From an uncultured Gammaproteobacteria bacterium (GTDB lineage Bacteria > Patescibacteriota > Microgenomatia > Levybacterales > GWA1-39-11): a DNA stretch of 64,000 nucleotides. Of this stretch, positions 37,567 through 46,907 are shown piece after piece. The notes under the pieces were generated by a model. It was not told where the DNA came from, did not search any database, and saw only the letters and a program-made list of their open reading frames with translations. Position 1 is the first letter of the stretch. Each line of letters starts with the position of its first letter. The position numbers and the translations under genes were made by a program. The stretch lies in assembly GCA_964504535.1 (NCBI GenBank), contig CAZDED010000004.1, positions 44,115-108,114 of the forward strand, given 5' to 3'.

Positions 37567-40500
37567 TTGTACTACAATAAAATAATGGATAACAACCCAA
37601 AATGGCACGTAGATGAAATGATAATGGCTTTAAATGCCAACATTGAATATTTAGAAAAGGAAGGCAGTGAGAATATAAGAATAAAAAATGGTAAATTATT
37701 TACACAGTTAGCAGAAAGCTATATTTATGAATTTGAGCTTGAATTTTTACAGGAAATTGAACTTGAAAGAGAAATAGAGGTACGTGTTGGTTCCGATTCT
37801 GGAAGTGGTAAAGTCGTTTCTGTTAATGACAATTTAATTCAGGTTGAGATTGATTCTTTTTTAGGTCAAGATATACCTCAAGCGCATTTAATTATTTCCA
37901 GCTTGTATATCCTAAAGCTTCTAAGAGATAAATTAGCAGAATCCAAAGAAACAAAATCCAATGGTTCAATAGCAGAAAAGCTTTTTGGAATGCAACCATT
38001 CAGTTTCGGGTCCGACTTAGAATATCAACTTCCCCCAAGACCACTTAAGGATTCAATTGATGAATATAAGGAAGCAGCACTAAGACTATCGCTAGGTAGT
38101 GAGCTGAGCTTTATATGGGGTCCGCCCGGAACTGGAAAAACAGAGTTAATCTCCCGAATCATTGAGGCACTTATAGGAAAAGGGCTTAGCGTATTGTTAA
38201 TTTCTCATACTAATATGGCTACTGATGAAGCCCTATTGAAGACTGTGAAGTTTTTAATAGATTCTCCGGAATATAAACTTGGACAGATTATTAGGATTGG
38301 TAAAATTCATCACCAAGATTTATTGAAAACCGATTATTCTAGAATCATCCCGGAAATGGCAGCTGAAGCTGCTAGTAAGCCTATCCATGATGAAATCGGC
38401 ACACTTCAAATATTAGCAGACCAACTTAAAATAGAAATTGATGGAATAAATGAAATCCTATCTGATTCAAAATCATACGAAAACTATCAATCACTAATTA
38501 AATCGGCAACTTCTCAGCTTGATAAAACAAATCAAAAAATAACTGAGCTTGAACAGTTTTTAAAAGATACAGATGATGAAATATCTATCACAAACATTAA
38601 AATTGAGAAATTTCAAAACTCTAATCGACTATCCCAAATTTTTTCAGGACAAAGTTTAAGCAAATTAACAGATGTTAAGACACAACTACTAAAAAGTAGG
38701 GCTGCTCTAGAGGATAATATTGCTACGAATGAAAGAACCAAAAATTCTATTATTCAGGATATTGATAGTTCAAAAACAAAAGCTAACATCTTAAATGAAA
38801 AAATAGGTAGTATTGATTTTAGTAAAGCAGAAGAGGAATTATCTCGCAAGAATGATAATCACTTGAATTTGACCACCCAAATTAAAGAACTGTTATCTCA
38901 ACTTACTAACATAACAGAGCACATAATAACTGAAGCAAAGGTCATAGCAACAACGCTTACAAAAAGTTATAGCGACAAATTAGTTCTTAGCAGAGAATAC
39001 GACTGCGTTATTGTGGATGAGGCATCCATGGCTCCTTTGCCAGCACTATATTTTGCTGCCTCTATTGCCAAACAAAAGGCAATAATTATAGGCGACTTTT
39101 TCCAACTCCCACCTGTAACTAAGCACAAAGTACTCAAAAACAGAGGGAAAACTGAAGAGCAATATATGGCAGAGCAAGCCTTAGTAGATAAATGGCTTAA
39201 GGGTGATATTTTTGCAAATGCTGGTATCTCAGAACTAATAAAAAAAGGGGAATTACCGGATTATCTAAGACAGCTTAAGCGACAATACAGAATGCATCCT
39301 CAAATAGCTGAGCTCATAAATACGCTTGTCTATAATAAATACGGTAATTTTGGACTAGAATCCGCTGATATAACTCAATCTAATGGTGAAGGTGGGGAAA
39401 ATGGACCTAGGGTAATAGATGTTGAACCCCTCAAGGATTTTAGGGTGGGGATTTATAATACTAACTCCTTAAATATATATCCTGGAAATACTGACTCAGG
39501 CTCATATTACAACTTATTTCATGCACTTCTAGCAGTTGAGTTAGCAAAAACTGCGGTACGAAATGGTTATGAAACGATTGGTATTATTTCTCCATTCAGG
39601 GCACAGGCAAACCTTATAACCAAAATGGTTAAAGATGAAAAATCTTTTGATGAAACCTTAAAAGGTATTGATGTTGATACCGTACATAAGTTTCAGGGTG
39701 GAGAAAAACAGTTAATTATTTTTGACATTACGACTCCTAAGTCCACTAAATTAACTAATGATGATAAAGAAGGTGGAGATGATGAAAAACTCATAAATGT
39801 AGCTTTCTCACGAGCAAAATACAAATGCATTGTTATAGGCGACATAGAAAAAATCAGAAAGAATCAGAATGAGTCTTCTCTTCTAGTACAGTACATAGAT
39901 TTTGTTGTAAAAAAAGGCTATCCAATAATCGATGCTGGCGTAATGGTGAAAAACTACTTTCACTCAGAACAAACTGAAGATTGGTTAGCTAAAATAGTTA
40001 ATGCTAGTGATATCGAAGCAGAAAAAGACGATAGTGATATCTATAACCAAAGTGAGTTTTATAAAACGTTCTTTTCTGAAATACTAAAAACTAAACAAGA
40101 GCTTATCATTCATTCTCCATATATTACTCGCTATAGAACAGCACAATTACTTCCCATATTTGATTTCTTAAGGAAAAAGAACGTTAATATTTTTGTTATT
40201 ACACGACCTTATTTTGCACATAAAGATTCAATGAAAGATGACTCACTAGCAATGCAGCGGGAAATGGAAAAATTGGGAGTGGTTGTCTTGCCATGGGGCG
40301 GAAGTATTCATGATAAATTTGCAATTATTGATAGAGAAACTTTATGGGAAGGCAGCCTAAATATATTATCTCAGAATGAAAGCAGAGAAAGAATGAGAAG
40401 ATTTAGAGGAAAGGAATCCTCGAAACAGATGTTGGATTTTTATGGTATTAAGAAGAATATTGGAGAAATTGGGAATAATAACTTAAAGAAGTGTAGGGTG

Positions 40501-40809
40501 TGTGAGGGTCCAGGAAATTGGTTTTGGACGGAGAAAGGGATGTTTGGAATTTGGACACACTGCTTAATCGGAGGACATAAGGAAGGAAAACCACCAAGAA
40601 CTCAAGAAGATAGAGAGAGAAAAAAAGAAGAAAATAAAGAACTCAGAAAGAAAGCTAGAGAGATAAATTATGAAGGTGTTCCTCTGTGTCAAAATACAAT
40701 TCATGGTTCAGAAAAAATAGAAATGGTTAGAAGAAAAGGAAGGTGGGGAAAAGATATATGGGGATGCCCTAAATATCCTGCGTGTAAATTCTTGTTGCCT
40801 GTCAAATAA
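37567..40809 (+). CDS. Superfamily-1B (Upf1/DNA2-like; AAA_11 + AAA_12) helicase fused to a single-HKD PLD-family nuclease domain and a C-terminal topoisomerase-type C4 zinc ribbon; candidate defence/anti-mobile-element effector.
   Basis: Walker A GPPGTGKT; motif II VIVDEASM; III IIIGDFFQLPPV; IV RQYRMHPQIAELIN; VI NVAFSRAKYKCIVIGD; ~220-aa coiled-coil insertion between motifs Ia and II. PLD HxK(x)4D = SIHDKFAIID; zinc ribbon GKDIWGCPKYPACKF. Confidence 0.7.
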   Translation: MYYNKIMDNNPKWHVDEMIMALNANIEYLEKEGSENIRIKNGKLFTQLAESYIYEFELEFLQEIELEREIEVRVGSDSGSGKVVSVNDNLIQVEIDSFLGQDIPQAHLIISSLYILKLLRDKLAESKETKSNGSIAEKLFGMQPFSFGSDLEYQLPPRPLKDSIDEYKEAALRLSLGSELSFIWGPPGTGKTELISRIIEALIGKGLSVLLISHTNMATDEALLKTVKFLIDSPEYKLGQIIRIGKIHHQDLLKTDYSRIIPEMAAEAASKPIHDEIGTLQILADQLKIEIDGINEILSDSKSYENYQSLIKSATSQLDKTNQKITELEQFLKDTDDEISITNIKIEKFQNSNRLSQIFSGQSLSKLTDVKTQLLKSRAALEDNIATNERTKNSIIQDIDSSKTKANILNEKIGSIDFSKAEEELSRKNDNHLNLTTQIKELLSQLTNITEHIITEAKVIATTLTKSYSDKLVLSREYDCVIVDEASMAPLPALYFAASIAKQKAIIIGDFFQLPPVTKHKVLKNRGKTEEQYMAEQALVDKWLKGDIFANAGISELIKKGELPDYLRQLKRQYRMHPQIAELINTLVYNKYGNFGLESADITQSNGEGGENGPRVIDVEPLKDFRVGIYNTNSLNIYPGNTDSGSYYNLFHALLAVELAKTAVRNGYETIGIISPFRAQANLITKMVKDEKSFDETLKGIDVDTVHKFQGGEKQLIIFDITTPKSTKLTNDDKEGGDDEKLINVAFSRAKYKCIVIGDIEKIRKNQNESSLLVQYIDFVVKKGYPIIDAGVMVKNYFHSEQTEDWLAKIVNASDIEAEKDDSDIYNQSEFYKTFFSEILKTKQELIIHSPYITRYRTAQLLPIFDFLRKKNVNIFVITRPYFAHKDSMKDDSLAMQREMEKLGVVVLPWGGSIHDKFAIIDRETLWEGSLNILSQNESRERMRRFRGKESSKQMLDFYGIKKNIGEIGNNNLKKCRVCEGPGNWFWTEKGMFGIWTHCLIGGHKEGKPPRTQEDRERKKEENKELRKKAREINYEGVPLCQNTIHGSEKIEMVRRKGRWGKDIWGCPKYPACKFLLPVK

Positions 40810-40913
40810 TAAATCAAGGGCATAGTTTCCGAAGCATTTTCAGTTCAAATACCACAAACTTCGGATACTTTTATCATCTTTCGTTCTAATAATTTATACG
40901 CCATAATTTAGTT

Positions 40914-41132
40914 ATGGACATAGCAAAAGCAAGAAAAATATTGGAAGAGGACGGAAAGAAATTAACAGACGAACAGGTGCAACAATACATAACAACCGCA
41001 GAATTATTATCAACAATGGCGTTTGACGCATGGAACAAATTAACTCCTGAGGAACGAAAGAGGTGGAGGAAAAAGAAACAAACAAAATCCAACAGAAAAA
41101 GGATTACCAGCAAACCTCTTACGAATCGTTGA
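40914..41132 (+). CDS. Hypothetical small basic protein.
   Basis: 72-aa ORF; Lys/Arg-rich C-terminus; weak support. Confidence 0.25.
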   Translation: MDIAKARKILEEDGKKLTDEQVQQYITTAELLSTMAFDAWNKLTPEERKRWRKKKQTKSNRKRITSKPLTNR

Positions 41133-41152
41133 ACCCTAGGATTTTTTGCAGA

Positions 41153-41617
41153 CTACAAACCCAAGAGCTGCTTCTTTTTTGCTTGAAATTCTTCTTCTGT
41201 AATTATGCCCTTTTCTTTAAGTCCTGCTAATTTCTCGATTTCATCTAAAGGGCTTGCAACAGCGCTTGTTGGGCTGCCACTAATCCGTTCTTCGATTAGC
41301 AATTTTGCTTCCTCAAATTTACCATTATTGCCACCATTTGCATGAAAATTGATACTATTCTCATCTTTAGTGGACTGGAACATGCCACCTTTTGCTTCAG
41401 AACCACCAGCGAGAGTAAGCTGTATGTATCCCGCTAGCATTCCTGCTTTCTTAAGCTGAACGGCAACGATACTTTTGTATGGGATTGATTTGTCTCCCCT
41501 CAGCATACCTCCACCAAGCAAAAATCCTTTAACGCCTCTTTTTATAATTACTCCTGTTGAAGTTAAAACCAACGTCCCGTTATACCCCTTGAATTCTTTT
41601 ATATTTTCGTCTGACAT
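41153..41617 (-). CDS. DUF4429 (PH-like) + SHOCT-domain protein.
   Basis: C-terminal SHOCT motif LKEKGIITEEEFQAKKKQLLGL; N-terminal GYIQLTLAGG PH-like region. Confidence 0.55.
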   Translation of the reverse strand: MSDENIKEFKGYNGTLVLTSTGVIIKRGVKGFLLGGGMLRGDKSIPYKSIVAVQLKKAGMLAGYIQLTLAGGSEAKGGMFQSTKDENSINFHANGGNNGKFEEAKLLIEERISGSPTSAVASPLDEIEKLAGLKEKGIITEEEFQAKKKQLLGL

Positions 41618-41665
41618 ATTGCTTGAGTATATTTAATTCTGTATTTTAATACAACAACTTTTCAA

Positions 41666-41935
41666 CTAAGAGTCCATTCTCTTGAAAATATCTTTAAGCT
41701 TTTTCCCAATCTCTATATACTCATTCTTTTTTGCCTGCTGACTAATTTCATCAATATACCTTGAAGATAGTCTCACCAAGCAACTTGCCCCAAAAACAAG
41801 TGCCTCATCCAAGTCTTTTTTTGCAATTTCTTTATGATTGTCCGTACTCATAAAAGAAATTACATCTAAAGGGTTCAAATGATTTTTTCTATTGCAATGG
41901 ATGTATCCTCTTGAAGTAAGCTCTATGTCATTCAA
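41666..41935 (-). CDS. Hypothetical protein (TTG start in the ORF track; uncertain).
   Basis: 89-aa ORF abutting the upstream 178-aa ORF in a different frame. Confidence 0.25.
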   Translation of the reverse strand: MNDIELTSRGYIHCNRKNHLNPLDVISFMSTDNHKEIAKKDLDEALVFGASCLVRLSSRYIDEISQQAKKNEYIEIGKKLKDIFKRMDS

Positions 41936-41937
41936 TG

Positions 41938-42474
41938 TTATTTTGTACTTTTTTTCTTGGATTTGATTGCTTCAGCAAGAATAACCAACATTTTATCAAC
42001 GTCCATACCTATCCATGAATGAAGGTCTGTGCCCGAAGGACGGTGAGTAAATTCCTTTTTTACTTTTTTATATTTCCTATCAATGTCTTTTATATCTTCT
42101 ACAGAAAAGCCTAACAAACCAACCGGATTGAGCCCAAGCCTACGAACAAACTCTAACTCCTCGTGCATCTGCACTGACAGAAAACGCTTGAATTTTCGGG
42201 CAAGCCTCCTTTTGCCAAATGCGACCATATACTCAATAGCAACTGTGTCTTCAATCATTGCTCGTACTAAATCTAATGCCTTATCTCCAAATAATTCATT
42301 TTTTGTAGCTAAAAATCTCACAGAAAGTAAAGAAAATACATTTCTTCTATATATGCCTTCAAAAATATTAAGAAACTGATTTCCGTCAGGAGGGTGGTGA
42401 TTTGTTGCAAGTGGATTTACTAAGTCCAACAACTCATCAACGGTCGCAAGTAGTTCATCGGTAGTGCCTTTCAT
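41938..42474 (-). CDS. Hypothetical protein.
   Basis: 178-aa ORF with no family recognised. Confidence 0.35.
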   Translation of the reverse strand: MKGTTDELLATVDELLDLVNPLATNHHPPDGNQFLNIFEGIYRRNVFSLLSVRFLATKNELFGDKALDLVRAMIEDTVAIEYMVAFGKRRLARKFKRFLSVQMHEELEFVRRLGLNPVGLLGFSVEDIKDIDRKYKKVKKEFTHRPSGTDLHSWIGMDVDKMLVILAEAIKSKKKSTK

Positions 42475-42544
42475 TTGAGGTTATTATAACCTATTAAAAA
42501 CGGCTCGCTTTTTTACAATAGTTCGTAGTGATTTGAACTAAATC

Positions 42545-43726
42545 GTGTTATACTTCGATGAATTCCTGCCCAAAGGCAGGTTTTTTTGTATGAATTGGGT
42601 TCCCATAACTTCTATCTTTACAATTTTAGCTTTCTACGTTGCATGGGCTGCATTTTACATTGAAAGAACTAGTAAGCTCCGTGGAAAAAGAGAAGAAAAA
42701 ATAGATATTCTTAAGTCAATTGAAAAGGAACTATCACTTATGGGTAGTTGGCTAGGTGAGAACTATAACGATGCAAATTACACTCAACTACAAGACCCAT
42801 GGCACCCATTTCATATGGTATATGGGCTTGTAAGGAATGATGCGATTAAAAACGCGATATCTTTGAAATCCGTATCGCTTCTTTCAAATGATTTGCTTGA
42901 GGCACTCGTCGCTTTTAATCAAAAGATGGGAGGGTTTGAGCAGCACGTCAATAGAATGGTCCAATTTAATACTTCAGACCCCATCATAGCAACAAAGGCT
43001 TTCTATTATTACGACAGCACTTTTGCTAAATATTCAAGACCTAAGAAATGGCTAGAGTTTGAAAAGCTTGCAAAGAAACTGTTTACGGGCAAAAGATTAC
43101 TCCCAGAAGAAATCCATCTTGTTGGGAGCGTAAGAATCCTAAAAGACCTTCATGTTATTGGGATTGGAGATGAAAATAATCCTACGCACTTACGGTTTTC
43201 CTATGTAATAGTTAGAGACATGGTAAGGGTCGAGTTAGCTGAAGTTTCTAGGGAAAAATTGTTTAGGCAGCCACGGTTATTTTCAATGCTTGATGCACTC
43301 GTGGCATTCTCCTTTGTTGCGCTTCTTGTCGCGATTCCTGTTTTCACAGTGGAAGGAGGTGTATTGATAAAAAATATGAATTCTATTTCATTTTTATTAC
43401 CGTTAATTTCAATAATCGCTGTTAGTATATTTCTAGGATTGATAAAGTATGCTTCAATCGCTAGCAAGTATATTGGCACCCCATGGCAATCTAAATTTGC
43501 CGAAATTTGGAATGATACACTTAATTTTCTCTTAGCGGGGCTCGTTGGATATTACTTTGTTTTGGTAAGACTGCCAAAACTATTGGCGGGAGAGAGTGTC
43601 GGTTTAAGCGATTTCGTGTTGTTCTTTATATTCGCAATGGGTATGTTCGGACATTTATGTGTATTATCTAAAAATACGACCGAAGGCGTTCAGGCTATAA
43701 TGGAAAAGATTATTGGAAGACACTAA
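42545..43726 (+). CDS. Hypothetical polytopic membrane protein.
   Basis: One N-terminal TM helix plus ~4 C-terminal TM helices flanking a ~200-aa soluble domain. Confidence 0.4.
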   Translation: MLYFDEFLPKGRFFCMNWVPITSIFTILAFYVAWAAFYIERTSKLRGKREEKIDILKSIEKELSLMGSWLGENYNDANYTQLQDPWHPFHMVYGLVRNDAIKNAISLKSVSLLSNDLLEALVAFNQKMGGFEQHVNRMVQFNTSDPIIATKAFYYYDSTFAKYSRPKKWLEFEKLAKKLFTGKRLLPEEIHLVGSVRILKDLHVIGIGDENNPTHLRFSYVIVRDMVRVELAEVSREKLFRQPRLFSMLDALVAFSFVALLVAIPVFTVEGGVLIKNMNSISFLLPLISIIAVSIFLGLIKYASIASKYIGTPWQSKFAEIWNDTLNFLLAGLVGYYFVLVRLPKLLAGESVGLSDFVLFFIFAMGMFGHLCVLSKNTTEGVQAIMEKIIGRH

Positions 43727-44423
43727 TCCTTTGATACAATTCAGCACTATGGCTCACATGGTACCATCAAAATATTCCGCAGCATCAGAATTGCGCGCAA
43801 TCGCTCTTGGAAGAGTTGCAAAGAGCTTGCCCTGCTATGGCGCTCTACCGGTGCCAATAATGAGGCTTTTGGTCGACGAACAGCTATTACTGGAATCTGT
43901 AAAGAGAACCACATTCAAGGGAAAGGTGGAAATTATAGACTTACGCGGAGAAAATACTGAATATCTCGACGAGGAAGAACCTGCAACAATTGCATATAAT
44001 GACTATAGCTTTGTAATGGCACCGGCATATAAAGCGTTTGAAGGATACCTAATTTTTCTTTCTGATACCTTTGGGCTTCCAACTGAAACTTACAAAAACA
44101 GAATCGGAGGGCTCTATGATTGGGAAGCAAATGCAGCAGCTGAAAAGGAAATAGTTGAAGCTCTTGAAGCCAAGCTTGGTACTGACAAAGAAGGAAAAGA
44201 CCGTTGGAGAGAATTAAGCATGGTTCTACGAACATATCGACATAATCCTGCACATTTTTTAGGAGACAAAGTCGGAACATTCGAGCAAGCAGAGGATTGT
44301 GCAAAAGCGATATTGAATACAATAAATCAAATGACAAAGTATTTAATCGATAAGGAAGTTTTGCACGATGGCGACAAGGAAGACGAAGCAATTTGTGATG
44401 TTAATAATGAGCAGGTTCGCTAA
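43713..44423 (+). CDS. Hypothetical protein.
   Basis: 236-aa ORF overlapping the upstream gene by 14 nt; no family recognised. Confidence 0.4.
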   Translation: MEDTNPLIQFSTMAHMVPSKYSAASELRAIALGRVAKSLPCYGALPVPIMRLLVDEQLLLESVKRTTFKGKVEIIDLRGENTEYLDEEEPATIAYNDYSFVMAPAYKAFEGYLIFLSDTFGLPTETYKNRIGGLYDWEANAAAEKEIVEALEAKLGTDKEGKDRWRELSMVLRTYRHNPAHFLGDKVGTFEQAEDCAKAILNTINQMTKYLIDKEVLHDGDKEDEAICDVNNEQVR

Positions 44424-44510
44424 TTTCTTTTGAAAGCTTTTTTATCTCTTCCCATCTCTGCCTTAGTTCTCCAGTCTGGCTAGAATTTTGGAACGTGAGT
44501 ATAATATTGT

Positions 44511-44573
44511 CAGGGATGGGGAGCACCACTTTTTAGCCTCAATTTTGTCATACCCCGAGTAGGACGATCGAAC
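44511..44573. repeat. Copy A of a ~60-bp direct repeat; contains ggagcacc, identical to the 3' end of the tRNA-Asn gene (candidate decayed att site).
   Basis: Alignment by eye: ggggagcacc-ac-tttttagcctcaatttt-g-tcataccccgag...cgaacc versus copy B. Confidence 0.5.
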
Positions 44574-44578
44574 CTAAT

Positions 44579-45289
44579 TTATTGAAGATCGTCAAAAAAT
44601 TCTTGTTCTTTCTCTCCTAATGGTTTTATAACAGTTAGGAAATTTATGCTTAGTCCCTTCAATCCAGTCTGAACACGAAAGTCATCGCCACAGTCTCCTT
44701 CTGAGATAGGATATTCAGCTAACGCAGATCTGTTCAGTCCGATCACAACACCTCTGCTTTTTCTTGCTTCAAGAACAGCTTCACGAATTGTTTCTTCAGA
44801 TAAATTAAATGATGAGAGAGCTGTCCTTGCTTCTCTTGTAAGGAGATTATCATATTCATATTCCTCTACCAGATTGGATGCTACATGAGCATGCGGTTCG
44901 ATTGGTAATGAAAGGTGGCTCAAGAAACGATGTCCTTGTGCATTAGTTTCAGCAGAACCTTCACTGACAGAAATTGCGTAATCTGTACCATAATTTGCGA
45001 CATCTGACCCCTCAGGCAGTTCCTCGTATGGGAAATTACTCGCTGGAGTGAAGTATACATCTCCGATTTGTGGTACTTCAGGCATACCTGCATATTGAGG
45101 ATTTGTACAACCTGGGATCACGCCCCTCTGTAGAAGTACTTTCACGGTCTCGATGCTTGTTCCATGATAGGCGATACAATCCTCAGAAATTAACGGTTCT
45201 TTAGATAATCGTACAAGCAAGCCTTTTCGATATTCAACTGATTGATATTCAGCCGCTGGTATTACTCTGTTATCAGATTCATTAATCAT
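44579..45289 (-). CDS. Hypothetical protein.
   Basis: 236-aa ORF between the two repeat copies. Confidence 0.4.
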   Translation of the reverse strand: MINESDNRVIPAAEYQSVEYRKGLLVRLSKEPLISEDCIAYHGTSIETVKVLLQRGVIPGCTNPQYAGMPEVPQIGDVYFTPASNFPYEELPEGSDVANYGTDYAISVSEGSAETNAQGHRFLSHLSLPIEPHAHVASNLVEEYEYDNLLTREARTALSSFNLSEETIREAVLEARKSRGVVIGLNRSALAEYPISEGDCGDDFRVQTGLKGLSINFLTVIKPLGEKEQEFFDDLQ

Positions 45290-45397
45290 GCTCCGAATTA
45301 TACATAATTATTCATATAATAGGTTCTGACATTTTCTATCAGGGGGAGCAAATGATTTTCGATTGACGTCGTTTTTATTTACTGCTAAAATCCCTCC

Positions 45398-45652
45398 ATG
45401 ACTGAAATTACTCCAAGCTGTCCTGCAGGAAGTGGAGAGTGCCCCGTTGAATGTCCTATTTATTTCGCTGCAGTAAACTCTATGCCTCCCATTGAGGAAA
45501 TCGACCCATATATGATGCGCTTGTCTTTGCTATTTGCCGATGCATTTAATCATGAAATTAAGGTTGTTGATATAGCAAATGTGTTAAGTAGATGCATGAA
45601 AGAAACAGGAAGGAATTACCTTCAAGAATTGAGTGATAATAATCAACTCTAG
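45398..45652 (+). CDS. Hypothetical small protein.
   Basis: 84-aa ORF, Cys-rich N-terminus (CPAGSGECPVECP). Confidence 0.3.
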   Translation: MTEITPSCPAGSGECPVECPIYFAAVNSMPPIEEIDPYMMRLSLLFADAFNHEIKVVDIANVLSRCMKETGRNYLQELSDNNQL

Positions 45653-45663
45653 TTTTAAACTGG

Positions 45664-45736
45664 CGGGAGTCCTAGCGGGGGAGCAATGTATTTTTAGCCT
45701 CAATTTTTCTTCAACCCCAGTTGGATGCTCGAACCA
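45664..45736. repeat. Copy B of the ~60-bp direct repeat; its 5' part (gagtcctagcgggggagca) resembles the T-stem/acceptor 3' strand of the tRNA-Asn (candidate attR-like remnant).
   Basis: Shares tttttagcctcaatttt, accccag and cgaacc with copy A in the same orientation. Confidence 0.5.
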
Positions 45737-46060
45737 TTTGTTATAATGTCTTCATCTGTGAAGTACAACGAATACAAAATTAATACCATTGTTTGGTTGT
45801 ATCCCAGCATGGCTGGGTGGCACTTTGTAACAATTCCGGAAGATGTGTCTGATGATATAAATCATCAATTTGGAGATAGAAAAAGAGGGTGGGGCTCTCT
45901 ACCAGTTAAAGCAACAATCGGAAAGACCACATGGGAAACATCCATCTTTCCAGACAAAAAAACAAATACGTATCTTTTACCTGTCAAAAAAGGAGTGAGG
46001 AAAAAGGAATACATTAAAGCAGATACTAATGTATTATTAGTACTTGAAATAAAAGCCTAG
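45725..46060 (+). CDS. DUF1905-family protein (YdeI/OmpD-associated). The true start is probably the internal Met MSSSVKYN.
   Basis: Family-typical ~100-aa beta-rich pattern (WHFVTIPEDVSDDI...LPVKA). Confidence 0.5.
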   Translation: MLEPFVIMSSSVKYNEYKINTIVWLYPSMAGWHFVTIPEDVSDDINHQFGDRKRGWGSLPVKATIGKTTWETSIFPDKKTNTYLLPVKKGVRKKEYIKADTNVLLVLEIKA

Positions 46061-46094
46061 TGGCTTTCAAAGATCTGGTACAATACCAACATAT

Positions 46095-46502
46095 ATGAAA
46101 ATAGAAGATAGAACAAAAGATAATCCATGGAAATTGAAAACCCCCCCACTTTCCTCAGAATACGAAATGTATATTGACGAAAAAGAAGGTTCAAAAGTCA
46201 TCGTATGCGTAGTTGGTAAAACAACATTGCTTTATGACTACGATGCAATTGCCGATTTATACCAGATGCTAAAGTCTCATGGAGATTGGATGGAATTAGG
46301 TGGAGCAGACGAGCAGAAGCCAACAAAAGAAGGGACTGTTGAAGACTGGGGACGTTCTTCTAAAAACCCTAAAGGTGGTTGGTATGGTTTGAAAAAAGGA
46401 CTTCGTGGAAGATTTGGCGTATACATGCCACCACTACTTGAAACGCTTGGATTAGCTGAGCTTGAGCATAACCCAAGGAATAATAGAATGAAAGCTAAAT
46501 AA
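46095..46502 (+). CDS. Hypothetical protein.
   Basis: 135-aa ORF with no family recognised. Confidence 0.35.
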   Translation: MKIEDRTKDNPWKLKTPPLSSEYEMYIDEKEGSKVIVCVVGKTTLLYDYDAIADLYQMLKSHGDWMELGGADEQKPTKEGTVEDWGRSSKNPKGGWYGLKKGLRGRFGVYMPPLLETLGLAELEHNPRNNRMKAK

Positions 46503-46522
46503 CGCTTCTAGCTAAATCAGGA

Positions 46523-46762
46523 CTATTTATCTTCTGGCAGTGCATCAAACTCTTTGCGTTTTTCATCCATCCATTTTTGCATTGCTTCAGGGTCTTTCAT
46601 TTTCTCTTTCATTTGTTCCATCGCTTTCAAATGTGCGTCATCTCCTTTTTGGAACATCTCTGCTCCATGTTGTTGGCTGAGTTTGGCCATTTCATCAAAT
46701 GTTTCAGCATGAAACTCCATATCACAAGCACCTGCCAACTGATTACATGTCATTGTCTTCAT
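46523..46762 (-). CDS. DUF1059-family small metal-binding protein.
   Basis: MKTMTCNQLAGACDMEF start typical of DUF1059. Confidence 0.55.
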   Translation of the reverse strand: MKTMTCNQLAGACDMEFHAETFDEMAKLSQQHGAEMFQKGDDAHLKAMEQMKEKMKDPEAMQKWMDEKRKEFDALPEDK

Positions 46763-46907
46763 AAATTTTTACCTCCTTCCCATAAACATTATACATTAGG
46801 ACGGATTTTGGAGAGCTGTAGCAGCATAATAGGTTCTGAACGATTTCATTAAGTGGGGCAAAACAGAAGCTCTTTATCATACTTCTTCAATTTGATATCA
46901 TATAACT

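Noticed and set aside
41666-42474. Considered whether the adjacent 178-aa and 89-aa minus-strand ORFs are one frameshifted pseudogene.
   Set aside because: They are in different frames with no detectable homology to anchor a frameshift. The downstream ORF relies on a TTG start. It is left as two low-confidence hypothetical ORFs rather than calling a pseudogene.
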